Positions 62,791 to 64,000 of a DNA stretch of 64,000 nucleotides are shown piece after piece (positions within the stretch are counted from its first letter, which is position 1; each line of letters begins with the position of its first letter). The notes beneath the pieces were generated by a model. It saw only the letters and a list, made by a program, of their open reading frames with translations. It was not told where the DNA came from and did no database searches. Location: NCBI GenBank assembly GCA_025786725.1, contig JAHLTZ010000058.1:18985-82984 (forward strand). The letters run 5' to 3'. Origin of the DNA: Syncephalis fuscata S228. Its lineage: Eukaryota > Fungi > Zoopagomycota. The translations under genes were made by a program, and so were the position numbers.

Positions 62791-64000
62791 TTAATGCAAT
62801 ACTGGCATGTTTACATAGCTCTTTTCAGGGACATCTTCATGACGCCACAATGCAGTCACTGTTTTCAGTTGTGTATAGAACTGAATACCACTATAGAATA
62901 CGTGTTAGTGCTATGGTCGATTTAATTGAATCATACTATAGCTTACCTGCGACCATAAAAGTTAATATCGCCTCTAATGGAGCCACGTGAGCCGGTAAAG
63001 GAGAACATTGGCAATGGTACCGGCTATTCATCTTGTTAGTAATAGTATGCATATTGTGCATCTATCTACTTACAATAGGTACATTAACGCCAACCTGGCC
63101 TACATCGACTTGCATTTGGAACTTGCGTGCAGCAGCACCGTTGGTAGTGAAGATGGCAGTGCCGTTGCCGTATTCGTTGCGATTAATAAGATCTAGCGCT
63201 TCATCAAGTGTATCGACGCTGACACATACTAACACTGGACCAAAGATTTCTTCGCGATAGCAGCGCATATTCTCCTTAACACCGGTAATGATAGTTGGTC
63301 CTACAAAATTGCCTTTGTCGTATGGTGCTGGCATTTTGATCGATCGACCATCCAACAGGACTTCTGCACCTTCTTCTGTGCTTGAAGCAATGATTGATTC
63401 AACACGCGACTTGGCCTCGGGTGTAATTAGCGGTCCAAGATCGGCATTTGGATCAAAACCACCTGACACTTTAAGGTTTTTAGCCTTTTCGACTAATTCA
63501 GGTAGCCAGTTTTTGCTATCGCCGACAAAAATGACCGTCGACAATGCCATGCAGCGTTGGCCAGCTGCGCCAAATGCTGCACCCACTAGCTGATTAAGTG
63601 TAGCTTCCTTATTGGCATCTGGTAGAATGACACCATGGTTCTTTGCACCCAAGTTGGCCTGAACTCGCTTGCCGTTCTGTGTGCCGCGATCGTGGATATA
63701 CTTGCCGACACGGTCGCTACCCACAAAGCTAATGGCTCGAATGGCTGGATCATCACATAAGAAATCAACGGTTGGTTTGCCGCCATGTACAATGTTCAGT
63801 ACACCTTTAGGTACACCACACTGAACGGCCAAGTCTGCCAAGATAGCTGTGGCACCTGGATCACGTTCACTAGGCTTAAGCACCATTGTATTACCGCAAG
63901 CAATCGACAAGGGGAACATCCACAATGGAATCATAGCCGGGAAGTTAAATCTATCATTATATAGGTTAGTTTTGTAGTATATAACATATAGATGTTCAAA
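62791..64000 (-). CDS. ALDH6A1: methylmalonate-semialdehyde dehydrogenase (5' end outside window)
   Basis: [84 protein letters not shown]. Confidence 0.95.

Overview
AT-rich, intron-rich eukaryotic DNA. Short GT-AG introns, an M36 fungalysin, an AA11-type LPMO and a secreted kinase-like protein point to an early-diverging fungus, possibly a Zoopagomycota-type parasite (inference). Housekeeping genes: CMTR1-like cap methyltransferase, GRIP golgin, TBC Rab-GAP, WW-MyTH4-RhoGAP, DGAT2, GCN20/ABCF3, ATR/Mec1, ALDH6A1 and tRNA-Arg(UCU). These are interspersed with secreted-protein genes, a gag-only Ty3/gypsy LTR element, a foldback-like repeat and an inverted duplication of the ATR 3' end. The main discovery is at 11.76-16.29 kb and is invisible in the ORF track. 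Two tandem paralogous genes encode signal peptide + propeptide + RR. Their putative mature peptides are encoded by arrays of 13 and 21 consecutive 3-nt microexons, each separated by a repeated ~80-nt phase-1 intron. Spliced products are ...RR-SFPGLGQKDDTDPF* and ...RR-DPRWKFPTVYNSHGHTGRAVI*. This is a candidate one-codon-per-exon system for generating secreted peptide diversity. Scattered 1-nt frameshifts in conserved genes suggest assembly indel errors, so pseudogene calls are uncertain.
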